Positions 28,132 to 44,986 of a stretch of 64,000 nt of DNA are shown one piece after another; within the stretch, counting starts at the first letter, position 1; every line of letters starts with the position of its first letter. A model generated the notes under the pieces. The model searched no databases and was not told the origin of the DNA. It saw only the letters and a program-made list of their open reading frames with translations. Both the position numbers and the translations under genes were made by a program. Origin of the DNA: Blastocystis sp. Blastoise (taxonomy: Eukaryota; Protista; Bigyra: Opalinata); the NCBI GenBank assembly GCA_039096225.1, contig JBBPEB010000034.1, forward strand, positions 682,001 through 746,000. Reading direction: 5' to 3'.

Positions 28132-29623
28132 GATTAATAAGTTTTATAAAGGAATAAGCTTAAATTAAAATAAAGATCTTAAAAAAGTTCTATAATGAAA
28201 AGTGAGTTTTCTTTTTGTTCATCTGCAGTTAGACATTTCTCTTCGTATTATTTGTAGATTTCTTGGCGTTTTTCGAGAATTCCTGTGGAACTCAATAACT
28301 CGATAGAATCCTTCTGTTATGGAAACAGAAACAAACGAACAGTCATTTGTATAAGAATCAGGGTGTGCCAAAACTGCGCTTTAAGCGCAAAGTGCGCTTT
28401 TCGATGTTGTTTTTGCGCTTAAATCTTTTATTTCATTTTTCTTTTAATTTTTATAAATCTACATAGAATAAAACGTTTAATAATTTTTAGAGGATCGAGA
28501 TAAGCTCAATAATGATGTTTTTGACATTTTACACGAGGTTTGTGTTTGTTGATGTAATTTGATTTGTTGTTGAATAAATAATAACCTTACACATATTATA
28601 ATTAGAGAGCAAATTGAATTTTTTAGCATTTTTAGAATGTTAATCATGTAGTTATAATGATTGATTGTCTTTAAGTATTTAACAATTAGGAAAAAAGCGT
28701 GATTATGTGTAGATCTTAATAATATAGTAGTAGTAGAATCATAATAGCAATACATGCTTCAAATTTTTACAAAACTTTGAATTCTTTTAAATTGGCTAAA
28801 TACTGATTATTAGTGGTCAAAAAATTTTCAAACTCAGCTCATCAAGACGCATTAATTTACACACTTTTCATGAAAAAAAGACCGGGTGACATAAAAAAGT
28901 AATTCATTCATTGACTATTATACTATGACATGACAGTTTTTAACTTAAAACATATTATTTTGATATATAATGTATAAATGTTTTGAAATAAGTCATCTAA
29001 GAAGATTTTTGTGACACATGTTGTGACAGATACATGACTTAAAAGTTCATAAGTCATCAAATAACAACAAGTATGATTCCTATATTTGACTATTTGTGTT
29101 AATTTGGGTGACAAATAAAAATTATTTTGTGACAAAAGTCAATTGCTTAAGATATTCTTTTGTATATTATTTTAAAGACTTTTATTTATGTTTATAATGA
29201 AAAATAATGTCAATAAATACTAAAAAATATTATAAAAAATAATAATGTAATTAAAAAGTTTTTATTTTTATAAAATATCATGAAGTAGTCTTGTAGGGAC
29301 TGTACAGATACATCCTGACAAGTAATAAAAATTAAATAAACGAAAAGCATATTAAAATATTATTTTTCAAAAATCAAACAAAAAACAATACAATGAACAA
29401 AAGCTGGATTTGAAAAAACAATACGTCCAACAAAATGATTTTTAATAGCCTTATAAAATGGTTTTAAAATGTATTTTATATGTAGAATAAGTCACACAAC
29501 ACATTTATAATATTTATATTATAAAATATATTGTTTTTATGTTTAAAAATAAAAAAATAAAAAAACGGTTAGTAGTCACTAGCTTTGCAATTATTATATG
29601 ACTTGATGAAAAATATTATAAGG

Positions 29624-29703
29624 GAGTTGTTTGGTCAAATGGTCAGTGCGTATAAAATTTTTACATAGTGGACGGATCGAATCTTACGAGGAACTATTTT
29701 TTT
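29624..29703 (+). pseudogene. tRNA-like relic (tRNA pseudogene or SINE head)
   Basis: A-box-like TGGTCAAATGG and B-box-like GGATCGAATC at tRNA spacing, a partial acceptor stem and a T-run. The anticodon arm is degenerate. Confidence 0.45.
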
Positions 29704-29990
29704 AAACTTTTTCTTTTGACTGCTATTTACAATGATTTTATTTAAAATCAACTTTGTTTCATTTTTATTATCTGTAAACATTATTTACATCATTGATATC
29801 TGCTTTTTAGTTTAGAATCAACATATCAACAAACTTTTTTTTTCAAAAAATAGTAATTATTGTTTAAAAACAATTCTAAGTATTTCTAGAATGTTATAAA
29901 TGTAATAAAAGAGCATAAATATAATATTTGAAGATATCAAATAATTTTAAACTTATTATATAGAACACATGAAAAAATAAAATTGAGAAA

Positions 29991-30066
29991 TCGGTTGGTA
30001 TAGTTGACCAGCGCTGTAGCTATTATGGTAATTGTCGCTGGATCGAATCTCGCAAGAGGCATTTTT
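29991..30066 (+). pseudogene. Second tRNA-like relic
   Basis: TGGTATAGTTG ... GCTGGATCGAATCTCGC ... AAGAGGCA followed by TTTTT. Confidence 0.45.
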
Positions 30067-30249
30067 ATTTTTATTTCTTGGAAAAACATCTTTTTATGAA
30101 ACTTGTTCTTTTATATATTTATTTTGATTATCTCTTGATACGATCATTTATTTTGGTTTAATTTAATTAACTTAGTTTATCAAGAGTATTCGCCTTGAGT
30201 ATTTATTTTAATTTTTATAATCTGCTTTACTTAATTACTTTCTTTCTTT

Positions 30250-31413
30250 AGGTATCAAGGCTTTTAGCTTTTAAACAACTCTTTATACTGTGAAATCAGG
30301 ATCTATAGCATTCCAGATGGTTCAAATGGATCAACAAATATTTTTTGTATATAATTCGTTTCTTCATTTGTAATATTTATTTGATTTATCTTTATTTTAT
30401 AGTGCAGGATGATCAGTATTTTTCAAGAGTATTTATTGTGCGTTATCTATAAGGTTTATTTAGTATTTATATTAATTATATTATAATTGCTTTTTATCAT
30501 TATTATTTCATTGATTTATTTGTATATTAGTTTATTATAGTGATCGTTATTTTCTTATTTATATTTAAAAGGAATATTATTTCATTTTTGATAACAAATT
30601 ATATATATAGATATACGAGGTCAATACTTTAATTAAGTGTGGCATTCTTTCTATGTTTAGAATTATTTTATGGTCCTTTAATGTATAAAAATATTGATGA
30701 GTATATATTTATTATTATATTTATTAGTATATTTATTATAGTATTTATGATATTTATGATTATGAAAATAATATATATATAGTTCAACTATAGAATTATT
30801 TCCAGTTGTTATCATTTATTATTTTATATATATATATATCAACAATTAGTGAACAATAGATAAGGAAGCTATTCAATTATTAAGCCAATTAAATGATAAA
30901 CGAGATTGTATATATATATTATTATTATATTTATTATATTATATATACTTATTATTATATATATATATAGGTTTATATATGGAGAATGAAGTTTATTGGT
31001 CAAAAATTATTCATTATATATATATAAATATTTTTGAAAGAGATACTATTACGGATTCCTTACAACAACAAGAATAAGTATATATATATATTATTATTAT
31101 TATTATTATATAGTTATTTTCAATATTATCTGAATTGATTCCTATAAATTAAAATAATTCTATGATTTTAGCTACTTTTGCATGTATATATATATATATT
31201 TGATTATTATACTTTATTTATATTATCTATATATTAATACTATTTATATATATATGTATAGATATATATACATCATTATCTTCTGAGAGTCCTTACCTTT
31301 CATCCTCTCGCCTTCAGGCCCTTATCCCTACCCTCGCACCACTTCTCGCCTCCCCTTTACATACACATCGTCTCCATGCACTTCGTATTCTAAAGAGCTT
31401 CCAACAACTTGAT
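30250..31413 (+). pseudogene. Degraded exons, probably an upstream part of the captured UTP20 fragment
   Basis: Exon-like pieces with stops between host-type introns. Exon 31262-31413 reads LAPLLASPLHTHRLHALRILKSF, resembling the UTP20 L..P....RL..LRIL..F segment (from memory). Confidence 0.4.
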
Positions 31414-31477
31414 GTATATATATTATTTTATATAATAATAATATTAATAATAATAATAAATATATATATATATATAG

Positions 31478-31648
31478 TCGTCTTCAACCTATTGAAAGAT
31501 CTACCTGTATATATATATCTTCATAATCATCATTATATATATATACATTCTTATAGTTACTTCTTATAAGTCCCTCACTGACGCACTCCTCCATCCCTCA
31601 AAGAACATTAAAGCACGTTATAATTCCTATACTATTAATTGTATATCA

Positions 31649-31692
<44 letters not shown>

Positions 31693-33493
31693 GCTGATTT
31701 ATTAATTGTTATGTATTCACGGGAATATGGTCATGTATCTAATTTTTTTTTCTTATTTATTACCTCGTATCCCTCTAAATGAGTATAAAACAGTAGCTAT
31801 CTATGGACAATATATATGTATATAATAGTATATATAAGTATATATAATAGTATATATAATACATGAATAATATATATTCTGTGTATTTTCTGCTAATCTT
31901 CTTATTATATATGATCTATATATATATATATATGTATATAGAAATACTGGTTTATTGACTGTGAAATTGGCGGGAAGTCTTGCTTTGATTCAATTCATCA
32001 ATATTAAGCCACTTTTCAACAATATATATGCTCAATCAACTCTACAGAATATGTCCGATATACATAATATATATATATATGTAGTTCTTATGTAACTAAA
32101 AATACATTAAATAAACTATATCAAAATGGAATAAAGACGAATTCTTATATATATAATCAGATACTAACAATGGACATGATATTAAGTTTAATTGAACAAT
32201 CTAAAGTCAGATGGTATATATATATATATATATATTCTTTTTTAATCTATTTATCAATATATATATATTAGGACTCTATCTGAAGACTTATATGCTTCTT
32301 TTCCCTGTCTTTATATACATATATACAATTACCCCCTATCTATACACTTATTGATACTATGCATCAATTATACACAGATCCCCGCGGGGATCTGATGAGC
32401 AAAGAAAGTCAAGGCCGACTTCTTCTAGACAATCTTGATAAGTATATTATATGTTATATACTATTATATATTATTATATCTTATTATTATTTATTATTAT
32501 ATACTATTATATTATAGGTATAAGAATAACAAAGATTACACTCAATTCTTTAACGATATTATAAGAATAGTATATAACTATATATAACTATATATAACTA
32601 TATTTATAACTATATATAACTATATATATAGGTGAGTGATGGTATTGCTCTTTATTCTCTACTCCGATTGGGTCTCAATTCTACATATATACCTACTCTT
32701 ATTGATCTGTATATATATAACTAATATATATATAACTATATATATAACTATATAGGTATTTACAATTACCCTTTGATTTGATGATTTCCCGTGGGGTTGA
32801 GAATATTCATAGTCGTAATCTATTTGTAGATAGAATCAATGGAGAAGCTACTATGAAGTATATATATATATGTATAGTATTTTATATAACCATATATATC
32901 TATTTTTTCTCACTATATATACCTATATATACTTTTATATATAGTGCCATTATTAATTATTTATCGTTCAAAGCACGTCCTATATCTGACAAAACTGTTC
33001 TTCGAATTCTAAAGCAAAATATCAAAGTAGATCGTCGTATGTGGCGCATACTGTGACATTCTCTTATTTTTCTCTTTTTATACTCTATTATAATTACTTA
33101 TTATTGTTATTCCACATATTATTATGCTTATTATTATATATATTCTAGCTATATATTCCTATATTTATTCTAGCTATATATTCCCCTCTTTTCTAGTCAT
33201 TTCTCCTTCTTACACTGGACATCCGTCAATACTTCACTTCCTCTTTCTCTCTCTTCTCATTCATTATGATTAATAACAATGAACCTCTCGTGACTTCCTT
33301 GGCGGCAACTATCGACGCGGGAACCAAATATAAGAATGTATATCTATTACAAGAACAATTGAATAAAGATAATATACATGATTTATATGATAGTCCTGAA
33401 TTCCTTAGATATCAAGTATATATATATAATATTATCTATTATTACTATATTTATTACTATACATATTCTACATTTATTACTCTATATATATTA

Positions 33494-33541
<48 letters not shown>

Positions 33542-34236
33542 TGTAGATATTCCATCATCTTCCCTCCTTCTTCTTCCCGCGGAATCCCTTAATGAACTGC
33601 TCTCCATAGTGATGACTACTTTCCTATCTCTTAATTCCCCGCGGGACATTCTCTTTGTCTTACAACATTCTTCGATGATCCCTCTATTTATCCTTCTTTA
33701 TATCTTGTAGAAGACACTGTTTAAGGTATATATATATATAAATTAGTTTGAATTATGATGTCATTCTCTCTTATTCTTTTAGTTTTATATATATATATAT
33801 ATATAATTTTCCTCCCCTTTACAGATTCTCCTGTTGTTCCACTTCGTTACTCGCTCTCCCTTCATCCCCGCCCTATATACAAAGACTTTACAAGTATTCT
33901 TAGATAGAGTTGGATTAGCGAGTAAAGACTCTAATTATGTATATATATATAATAATAATAGTATTATTATTGTTTTTGTTTTTTTCTATTACTCTCTATA
34001 TATCATTAAAAACATAATATTAATACATATATAATTATATTTCTCTATAGCACAAAACGTTACTCTCTTCGAACATTCTTCGTATCGACATACAGAGCGT
34101 CATTCGACCCATACATCATCATTTCCAATATAAAACGGATGACCATGATTGTACATATACCATGACTATTAAGGCCGAATATGAATTTATGGAGAAACTA
34201 AAGAAGAGTCCAGATGATGAAACGGCACAACTTATT
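31478..34236 (+). pseudogene. Captured multi-exon fragment of an unidentified host gene
   Basis: GT-AG bounded exons (e.g. YTDPRGDLMSKESQGRLLLDNLDK, LMISRGVENIHSRNLFVDRINGEATMK, FVTRSPFIPALYTKTLQVFLDRVGL) with occasional stops. No family recognised. Confidence 0.45.
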
Positions 34237-34242
34237 GTATAT

Positions 34243-34534
<292 letters not shown>

Positions 34535-34539
34535 TATAG

Positions 34540-37145
<2,606 letters not shown>

Positions 37146-38599
37146 ATGCTGATATATATATATATATATGTATATATTTTTTATTGTTATTTTATTATTC
37201 TTTCATATATATATATACATATTAAATGAAACTGGGTTGAATATAGGTATCAAGAAGTACCTAAATGTGATTAAAAAGTTGAATAGTTTCTTTTCTTCTG
37301 TCTTTTGTATATTAATGCTTAAAGTAATTATTTCATTGCTTCGTTTAGTTTGAATATGTTTGATGGCTTATATCAAATAAATGATAGCTTTATTTGCTCA
37401 TTTATAAAGACATTTTTTATATTTAGGTTAACTTTGTCAAAAATATTATGATTTATGGCCATGTATACAAATAAGGTGAAAAGCCTTTCATTCAGTCTGA
37501 TGACAAAACTCATGAGTATCATATTTTGTTACAAAAAACTTCCTTATGTGTTTGATAAATTCAGCAGAATTAAGCATGGCTGAAAAAGTGTCACAAAATT
37601 TGGTGGCAAGTGTCACCAAAGTCAGGAAAGGACTGACTATTTGATTATTTTTAAAACTTCAGTCATTCTTTAAAAATTTCAATGATAATTTCATTCTTTT
37701 GTTAAAGATTCAAATCAGAATAAGATTATTGCCTATAATATTTTTTCAAACTTGCTTTCTATCTGCTTTCTGAACTAATAATGGTTTATCATTAAGATTC
37801 ATATTGGTTTTTGTTGCATTGTGAACTCCTCTTAAATACTAGTCAATATCTACTACATGATGATTTCCCATTGTTTGTTGATTGCTTTGTTACGTACTTG
37901 CTCGTTATGATCAGTGTTCAATACACATATCTTACAATGTGCTACGTGATGGATACTTATCAGTTACTTATTCTTGGAATGATTACTTGCAATGTATAAT
38001 TTTATGAATATTTACAGTTTGTTGCCTTCCATTTATTATTTACATCTGATTTGGTTACTCACCAAACTTCCTTACTTCTCTTCTTGAATTAGTATACTCA
38101 TTTTTCTTTTTGTAACTTTGCGATTAATGAGATCTTTATTTATGTTGTTTGTATGTTTGATTTTATTCGACTAATGTGCTTTTGATTGCTTGTTCTACTT
38201 TATAAGTGCTAATTATTTTGTTTTTGTTTTTTATTTTTCTGATACTTCCTTTTTTCATACTGTATTATAATGGTATTTATATATAACGATGACATTTTCT
38301 TATAGATTTACTTATTATGAATTTTCTTATTCTTATTCTAGTATTTAATAAATACTTAAACACTTCATCTCTGCGATTAATACTTACTATGGTTACTAAC
38401 ATACATAAGTTTCTACTGAAGATAGTAGCAGATTAGTAACAATTGATGTTTATTTCTTTTCATCCTTAAATCCTTTTGTCTATATTACAATATTATCATG
38501 TACTCTTATTCTATCAAGTTTACTATTATAAGTTTTTGAATGTTTTAGTATCTTATTGTGTAATTCTTTAATATGCTATTATACAGGAAAGTATCTATA

Positions 38600-41000
38600 T
38601 GATATTTCTTTGTTGTAGTTTTCTGTATAAAATTTTTGAATTTCTTTTTATTCTTTGTATATATTTTCATCTTGGTTAATTATTCTTCAACTTCTCTTCA
38701 TGTTATCGTTAGTCTACTATTATATATTGAATTTTTAGTTATAAACCTTATCTTATTTCCTTATCTTATTTCATCTTTTGTTCTTTTAAGGTATTATAGC
38801 ATTACATTAATTGTATTAGTTTTCTGGTTTTTCAGTCTCTTCCTATCTTCTTCGTATGGTATCTTTATATTTATTAGACTCTTCATTTCTTCTGGTGCTT
38901 TTCAATTATTATGTGATCATTCGTAATACTTCACCTGCATGTTCTTTTCCCTTTATTAAAGAGTTTCTAGATGTGCTATTTTTATATTACTTTTATATTA
39001 TCCTTAGTTGATATTCCTTTTTCTCCTATGATAGAATTCTTTATGTTCTTATGTTATTCTAATAGTCGTTTCATATTTCTCTATTAAACATACTATGAGA
39101 TTTAATGACGATTTTCTTTTCCTTTAATAATTACAAATTCCTCACTATTATATATTATTATATATCTTAGTTTTATTATTCTAACAGATTTATTTTTATA
39201 TTTGTTTCTATAATTGAAAACATACTCAATTAATTTATTTTCATATTTCATTCAAATATACTCTTCATATACATATTCATATCCTTCATTTATGGTTTTC
39301 TTCGTTTTCTCATGTTCTATATATTATCCCATGGTCTACTTATTTTTGTGCCTATTTTTAATCCTATACTTCCTCATTATCTCTATTTCTTTATCCACTT
39401 TTCTTTTATTTCTAGTGCTTCTATTGTGTATATTGTGTGCTCATTATTAGACTTATTCATTTTAATACTGCTTCATCATTATCTCTCTTCATATTCTTTA
39501 ATGCTCATGTTTATTGTATTTCCTATTTACACAGTTATTATTTCAGAAGCATTTTCCATTTCTTGTCTAAATAATATGGGTTTGAATATTTTTATTAGTC
39601 CTATTTCTTACTATCGTTTTTTATAATTCTTCTCGTTCGTTTCCTTTCTTTTTCTTTCCAACAATTTCTCTCTTGGCACTACTCATCATGGATTTTAGTA
39701 ATCAAAGTTAGGATTTGTTCTCATTGTTGTATTACTATTATCTATATACCACAAAAGATATTTTTATTATTTCTCTTCATTCTAAGGTTTTGCTCTTTTT
39801 GTTACTTAAACATATTTATATGGCTACTCTTATTTATTATTATTGTGTACATTCTCTTCTTCTTATTTAATTTTTTATAAAAGCCTAGTATCTACACCTT
39901 CTATTCCTTCTATTCTTTCTCATTTCTAATTACTCTCATTTTCCAAAAATGATATAATTATATAATAGGATCTATGTCTCCATATTTCTTTCGTACTGTT
40001 ATTTAATAAAATACTATCTCTATTTACTTTAAACCATTTCAACTCCCTTTAACTTATTATCTATATACATCTTACATTCATGCTGATATGAATACTATAA
40101 TACTATTTGTATTTCTTCTATTTTGTTGAATACGGTTGAGGTAGTTCTCGAATTGTTTATTTTCTAAATTTATTTTCATTTCTATTACTTTAGATATTAT
40201 ATCTTCTTAAGTGCATATGTACATAATTAATATGCTTATATATATTTACACCTGCTTTTTCCGTTATCAGCCGTTACTTCATATTATTTATACAATGTCT
40301 AACTATTATATACAATTTACTCCGTTTGTTCTTTTACTCATGATGATATAATATAGAAATCAACTTCTTATTACTTCTTATGGTTTATTTATTGTATTTC
40401 TATTTATAGATTTATATATATTTTTATACGAATATTGTTCTCTCTTCATGTTATTGTCTTTAAAAATATACTAAAAATAATTATTATCGTCTCTTCTACT
40501 CATTTATCACTGCCGATTATAAATTCAGTTGATATATGCATTCTTCCTTCTTCTTAACTTCAAATTTTATTTACAAGTTTTTAGTTATCTTCTTTATGAT
40601 CTACATATATAAATATATTCTCATTAAGTCTATGTCAATCTTTCCAATAATTTTTCTTCTGATAATCTTTCAAATGCTAACCTTTATATAATATCATGAA
40701 TCTTAATCTAATACTTATTTCATGCTATTATAATATAAAATCCACATTACTTTCTATTATATCATATATTCTAATACTCTTTCGGATATATATAATCCCT
40801 CATATGATACTTAATATAGATATAACACATCTTGCTCTTTCCTTTTGAATTCATGTATAAATATAAAATTGTTGGTGTAAACGATTTAAGATTCCACTTT
40901 ATATATATGTTTTGGAAAATAGTATATTCTTTAGGAACCAATTGTTATCACTCTCTTTGTGATATTTGATTGATAAGTCAGGTAAATGATTTTAGTAGTT
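38600..41000 (-). mobile_element. Heavily decayed coding sequence, possibly a non-LTR retrotransposon RT relic
   Basis: Purine-rich, stop-riddled minus strand. Ordered fragments RVITIGS, FSK....ILNRL, HEFKRKR and AFERLSEEKLLERL at ~40960-40635 resemble non-LTR RT motifs. No YADD seen. Confidence 0.3.
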
Positions 41001-41637
41001 ATTTGGTTCTTTCTATTGATACATTATGATTGAAAATATATTTTGCTATTTATTTATATATTTAATCTTCTTGATTAGATATACTATTTGATTTAAGAAG
41101 AGTATACTTTATAGTTGTATATTATACTTTTGATTGAATAAAGATTCTTATTAGTATTGGATATTGTTTTAAAGTATTATACTAGAGAGATTAGTATATA
41201 TGAAATAATTACTTCTAAAATAATATTTATTTTTCATATAAGTAATAATATTTCTCAGTTATTCGTTTGATCTGAATATAATAGTACTTGAAAAAGAATA
41301 TAATTAGAAAAATAATTGAAATATAGATAAAAATTATTAAGGAATAGTGATTCTAATTAAGAAACTATATACTATTGATATAATCAAATATATAAAGGAA
41401 TATTCAATGTCATCTATTTATAATTATATTTAAAAGATAACAGTATATCTTCTTGAGTTAATTAAAACAATACAAATTATAATGTAACAATAAAACATTA
41501 TGGAATACAAATAGTTAATATAATGAAAACAATATAAATATATAAATATTAATAGTAAAAGAAATCAATGTACTTTGTAGTATAAATACAGTAATTAAGT
41601 AGTTGGATTAGATTAGTGATTTTGTTGCTAGATGTTA

Positions 41638-44375
41638 TCAATCGAGTTTCTTTTTCTTTAATTTATCTATATATAATTAAGAATAGATTCTATATTATGT
41701 GAATTATGAATATAATACTTATAATATACATACGCTCTAAAACAGTAGTTATAAGTGATGAAGAATCAATGATATCAGAAGTTAATCCAATTGTCATTTG
41801 GGTTGTTGGATTAATAGTGTTTCTGTATTTGTTTTTTATATACACGAGATGACTGAAACCGCTCTCACAGAGATATGAAGTTGCAAAGGGAAGAAAACAT
41901 TTCTTGGCTATATCATATAATAATGGAAAACGACTCTTATGGCTTATATAGAACTCATCTATTGGTACGTTATTAAATTCTTCTCTACATGTTTTATCAG
42001 CAAGTAAACAGAAATACTCTTCTTTAACATGAAACTCCATTTTATTTTCGTCAGCTACTTTTGAAAATGGATTAGTAATCCAATATAAAGAATGATCAAT
42101 AAGATTAGTTGTTGGTGTATTTTTTGGTTTTTTTATGTTACTATTCGTTTTCTTCTGCTTTTTATTCTTTTGTACTTCTCCTTGATTTGTATTATTACTT
42201 ATTTCATTTGGAATGATTGCCCCAAGAGTTATTATACAATTGATATTAGCCTGAATTATATTTATATTACTAATGATTCCATTGTATTGTCCTTGAATAC
42301 TACTATTAGGGAAATTATTAAGAACACCAGAAATACTACCTAAAGTGTATCCATATACTAAATATGGAAAGTCAATTCTAATCGTTACTTGAGTTTCTAT
42401 TAATTGCTGAGTAACTATGTCAACATAGGTTATTAAGCCATTTACAACTCCATTTGGAGATACGCAACCTTGTAATGATCCAAGAATATTAAATTGGTTT
42501 GATACTACTGATGTATTGTTATTAACATTACTATTCACTTCATGAGATATATTTGATGTATTATGTGTATTTTCTTGGTCTATTAAATATTCATTAAGGT
42601 CTTGAAGATACGATTCATCACTACCAATATAATTTAGTATTTCTGGGAAATAATTCAGTAAATTACGTCGAAGAGTTATTAGATGATTTTTGATATAAAA
42701 TATGATTGAATTAATATCAAGCTTGGTTGTAGATACATAATCCTTAAGTTTCGTAAATGATGAATAATCGTTATTATTTATTAGTCTTTCTAATCTCAAC
42801 GATAATTTTATAAATAAATCCTTCATAATGTCTATTAACCCAAATATATATCTATGCTGTCCTTGCATTGATTTATTACAATCATAGAATAAACTGGTAA
42901 CATCCTCAAGGTATAACATTGAAGCTATGAAGTTAGTATCAATAATGGTGTTATATAAGTCCTTCTTTTCTTTATCCTTTTTTATTACTAGTGTTATTCC
43001 ATTTCTAAGTAAATTAAATCTTTTAATTGATGAATGGCATGAAAGCCATCTTGTAGGGCAATAAAGGAGAAGTTTATAACTTCTAATATTTTTTTTCCTT
43101 TTTTTCTTCCTTCTTATCATTACTATAAACTTCATGAATATTATTATCTATATTATTATCTGTATCAGATGTATCTAAAAGGGATTCAACTACTTTATTA
43201 TATTCTATCTCTAAAGAAGATATATTATTAGGGGAATCAGGTATGTTATCTTGAGGAGAGAAGATAGAAGAGGTTAATGAATATTCATTATCAATATTGT
43301 AATTATTGGATTCGTCTTGTCTAACAGCAGACTTCTTTATATATGAAATTATCTCAACAGCACTTTTGAATATATTAGTGAAGTATTTTGGTAAACAGTT
43401 TACACAGAGTTCTTCTCTATGAAGAAAACAGTGGATGAACATACAATTCTTATTCTTCTCTAGTACTCGTGTTTTGAAGGAGTTTTTGTCTCCATTCATA
43501 TTCGAAGCACCGTCAAAAGTAGCTGATACGCAATTATTCCACAGAAGGTTATTATTATTAAAGAAATTATCTACCATGTTAAATATATTATCACCTGTTT
43601 TGGAACTAATCTGAAAAATACTTAAAAATGATTCAGTAAACTTTTTATTATATTCGTATCTAGCATAAACGAGTAAATAGGATTTCATTTCTATGTCAGT
43701 TGACTCGTCAAGCTGAATAGAAAATGATCCTGATTGTCTTATCCTATTTATTACTTCTTGTTGAATTGTCAAAGCAATTTCATCACTTTTTCTTTTGATA
43801 CTGCTTGAGGATAACGGAAGATTAGAAAGGACTTTGACATTCTTTAACCTTTCATATTCTTCAATAATAGGTTTAACTAATTTTTCTCCAGTTCTGTAGC
43901 TGTATCCATTCTTTGAAATGGAGTAGGCGATGAAATATGAAAGCTTACTGGATAAATCTGAAAAGCTAAAGAGAGAATTTGAGTATTCTGTGTTTTCATT
44001 ATGATCTTTTAAGAGTTCTTGAATGTCATCATATGTATATTTGCTTAACCCATGTTTATTCTTGAAATGAGTGAAGAGTTTTGAGGCTTCATAACCTTTA
44101 CACGTGAGAGTAGACTCACAGATTAAACAAAAATAGGAGTTTTTTGTTAATTTTTTAAATCCATAAACAACTGGATTGGCATTATATCTTTTAACTCCTT
44201 CTTTTACTTCACTATAATATTTGGATTTAGGATTAATATCTGGTTTATTATTCGTTTCTTCTGTAATTATGTCATCATCTTTTTTTTTTTTTCGTCTGTT
44301 GTAGACTTGTCAATCTATATATATATATATATATTACTATTAATATACTTGTAATTTTTTAAAGTACTGTTCCAT
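41638..44375 (-). CDS. Buster/Charlie-type hAT transposase with two introns and two homopolymer-associated frameshifts
   Basis: BED-like CLICESTL...SKLFTHFKNKH, LPLSSSSIKRK, FSIQLDESTD, TFDGASNM, IHCFLHREEL, CPTRWLS, WITNPF, LPFATSYLCESGFSHLVYIKNKYRN. Frameshifts fall in T-runs at ~44280-44292 and ~43089-43105. Confidence 0.85.
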
Positions 44376-44986
44376 GTATTTAAACAATAAAAAAAGTTTA
44401 TCTAATATAGAATGTTCTTTTTGGTTTAGCAAAACATTTTCCCTTATATTTTTGTTTTTCCCGTGTTTTCATCACTTAAAATAACTATGAAAATCACGGT
44501 AATAAAAAAGTAACTTTGTTATTTAAGCGCAAAAATTTTGGTCCTTTCGCTTAACGAGTAACTACGTGGTGACCCCTGATAAGAATTATAGAATAATTGT
44601 TCTGGAAAAAGACGTCATACTTAACAGACACTCCAGTTTTTGTTTATTCTGTTTCTGACCTTATTTTCTGTCTTTTATTAATTGTTACATTAGTAATTAT
44701 GTTTACATTCTTTACTTAAGTGATTTGCTAGGAGTTAAGTAAAAAATTAATGATAATAATCTGTTTGGAACCCTTTTTCTTTGCCAATATAGTATTCTAA
44801 AAACTATGTGTGAAGTATTAAATAAAGTGCTGGGAGTAATAAAAATAATTAAAACATGAAAATAGAGTTTTTTGCGTTGATTGAGAATTATGTTGTATTG
44901 TTTTGTATTCTGAAAAAATCATAAAGATCTAGAGCTAAATAAGGGTATCGTATGCAATAGAAGCCTTTTAATTTATTTATTTAGCT

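Noticed and set aside
37795-38000. Possible hAT relic (LLHCEL, CAT-stop-W resembling CATRW)
   Set aside because: The motifs are short, in different frames and unsupported by other hAT features.
38636-39626. Hydrophobic + strand ORFs resembling organellar membrane genes (NUMT)
   Set aside because: No recognisable motifs. They are T-rich shadows of a purine-rich decayed minus-strand sequence.
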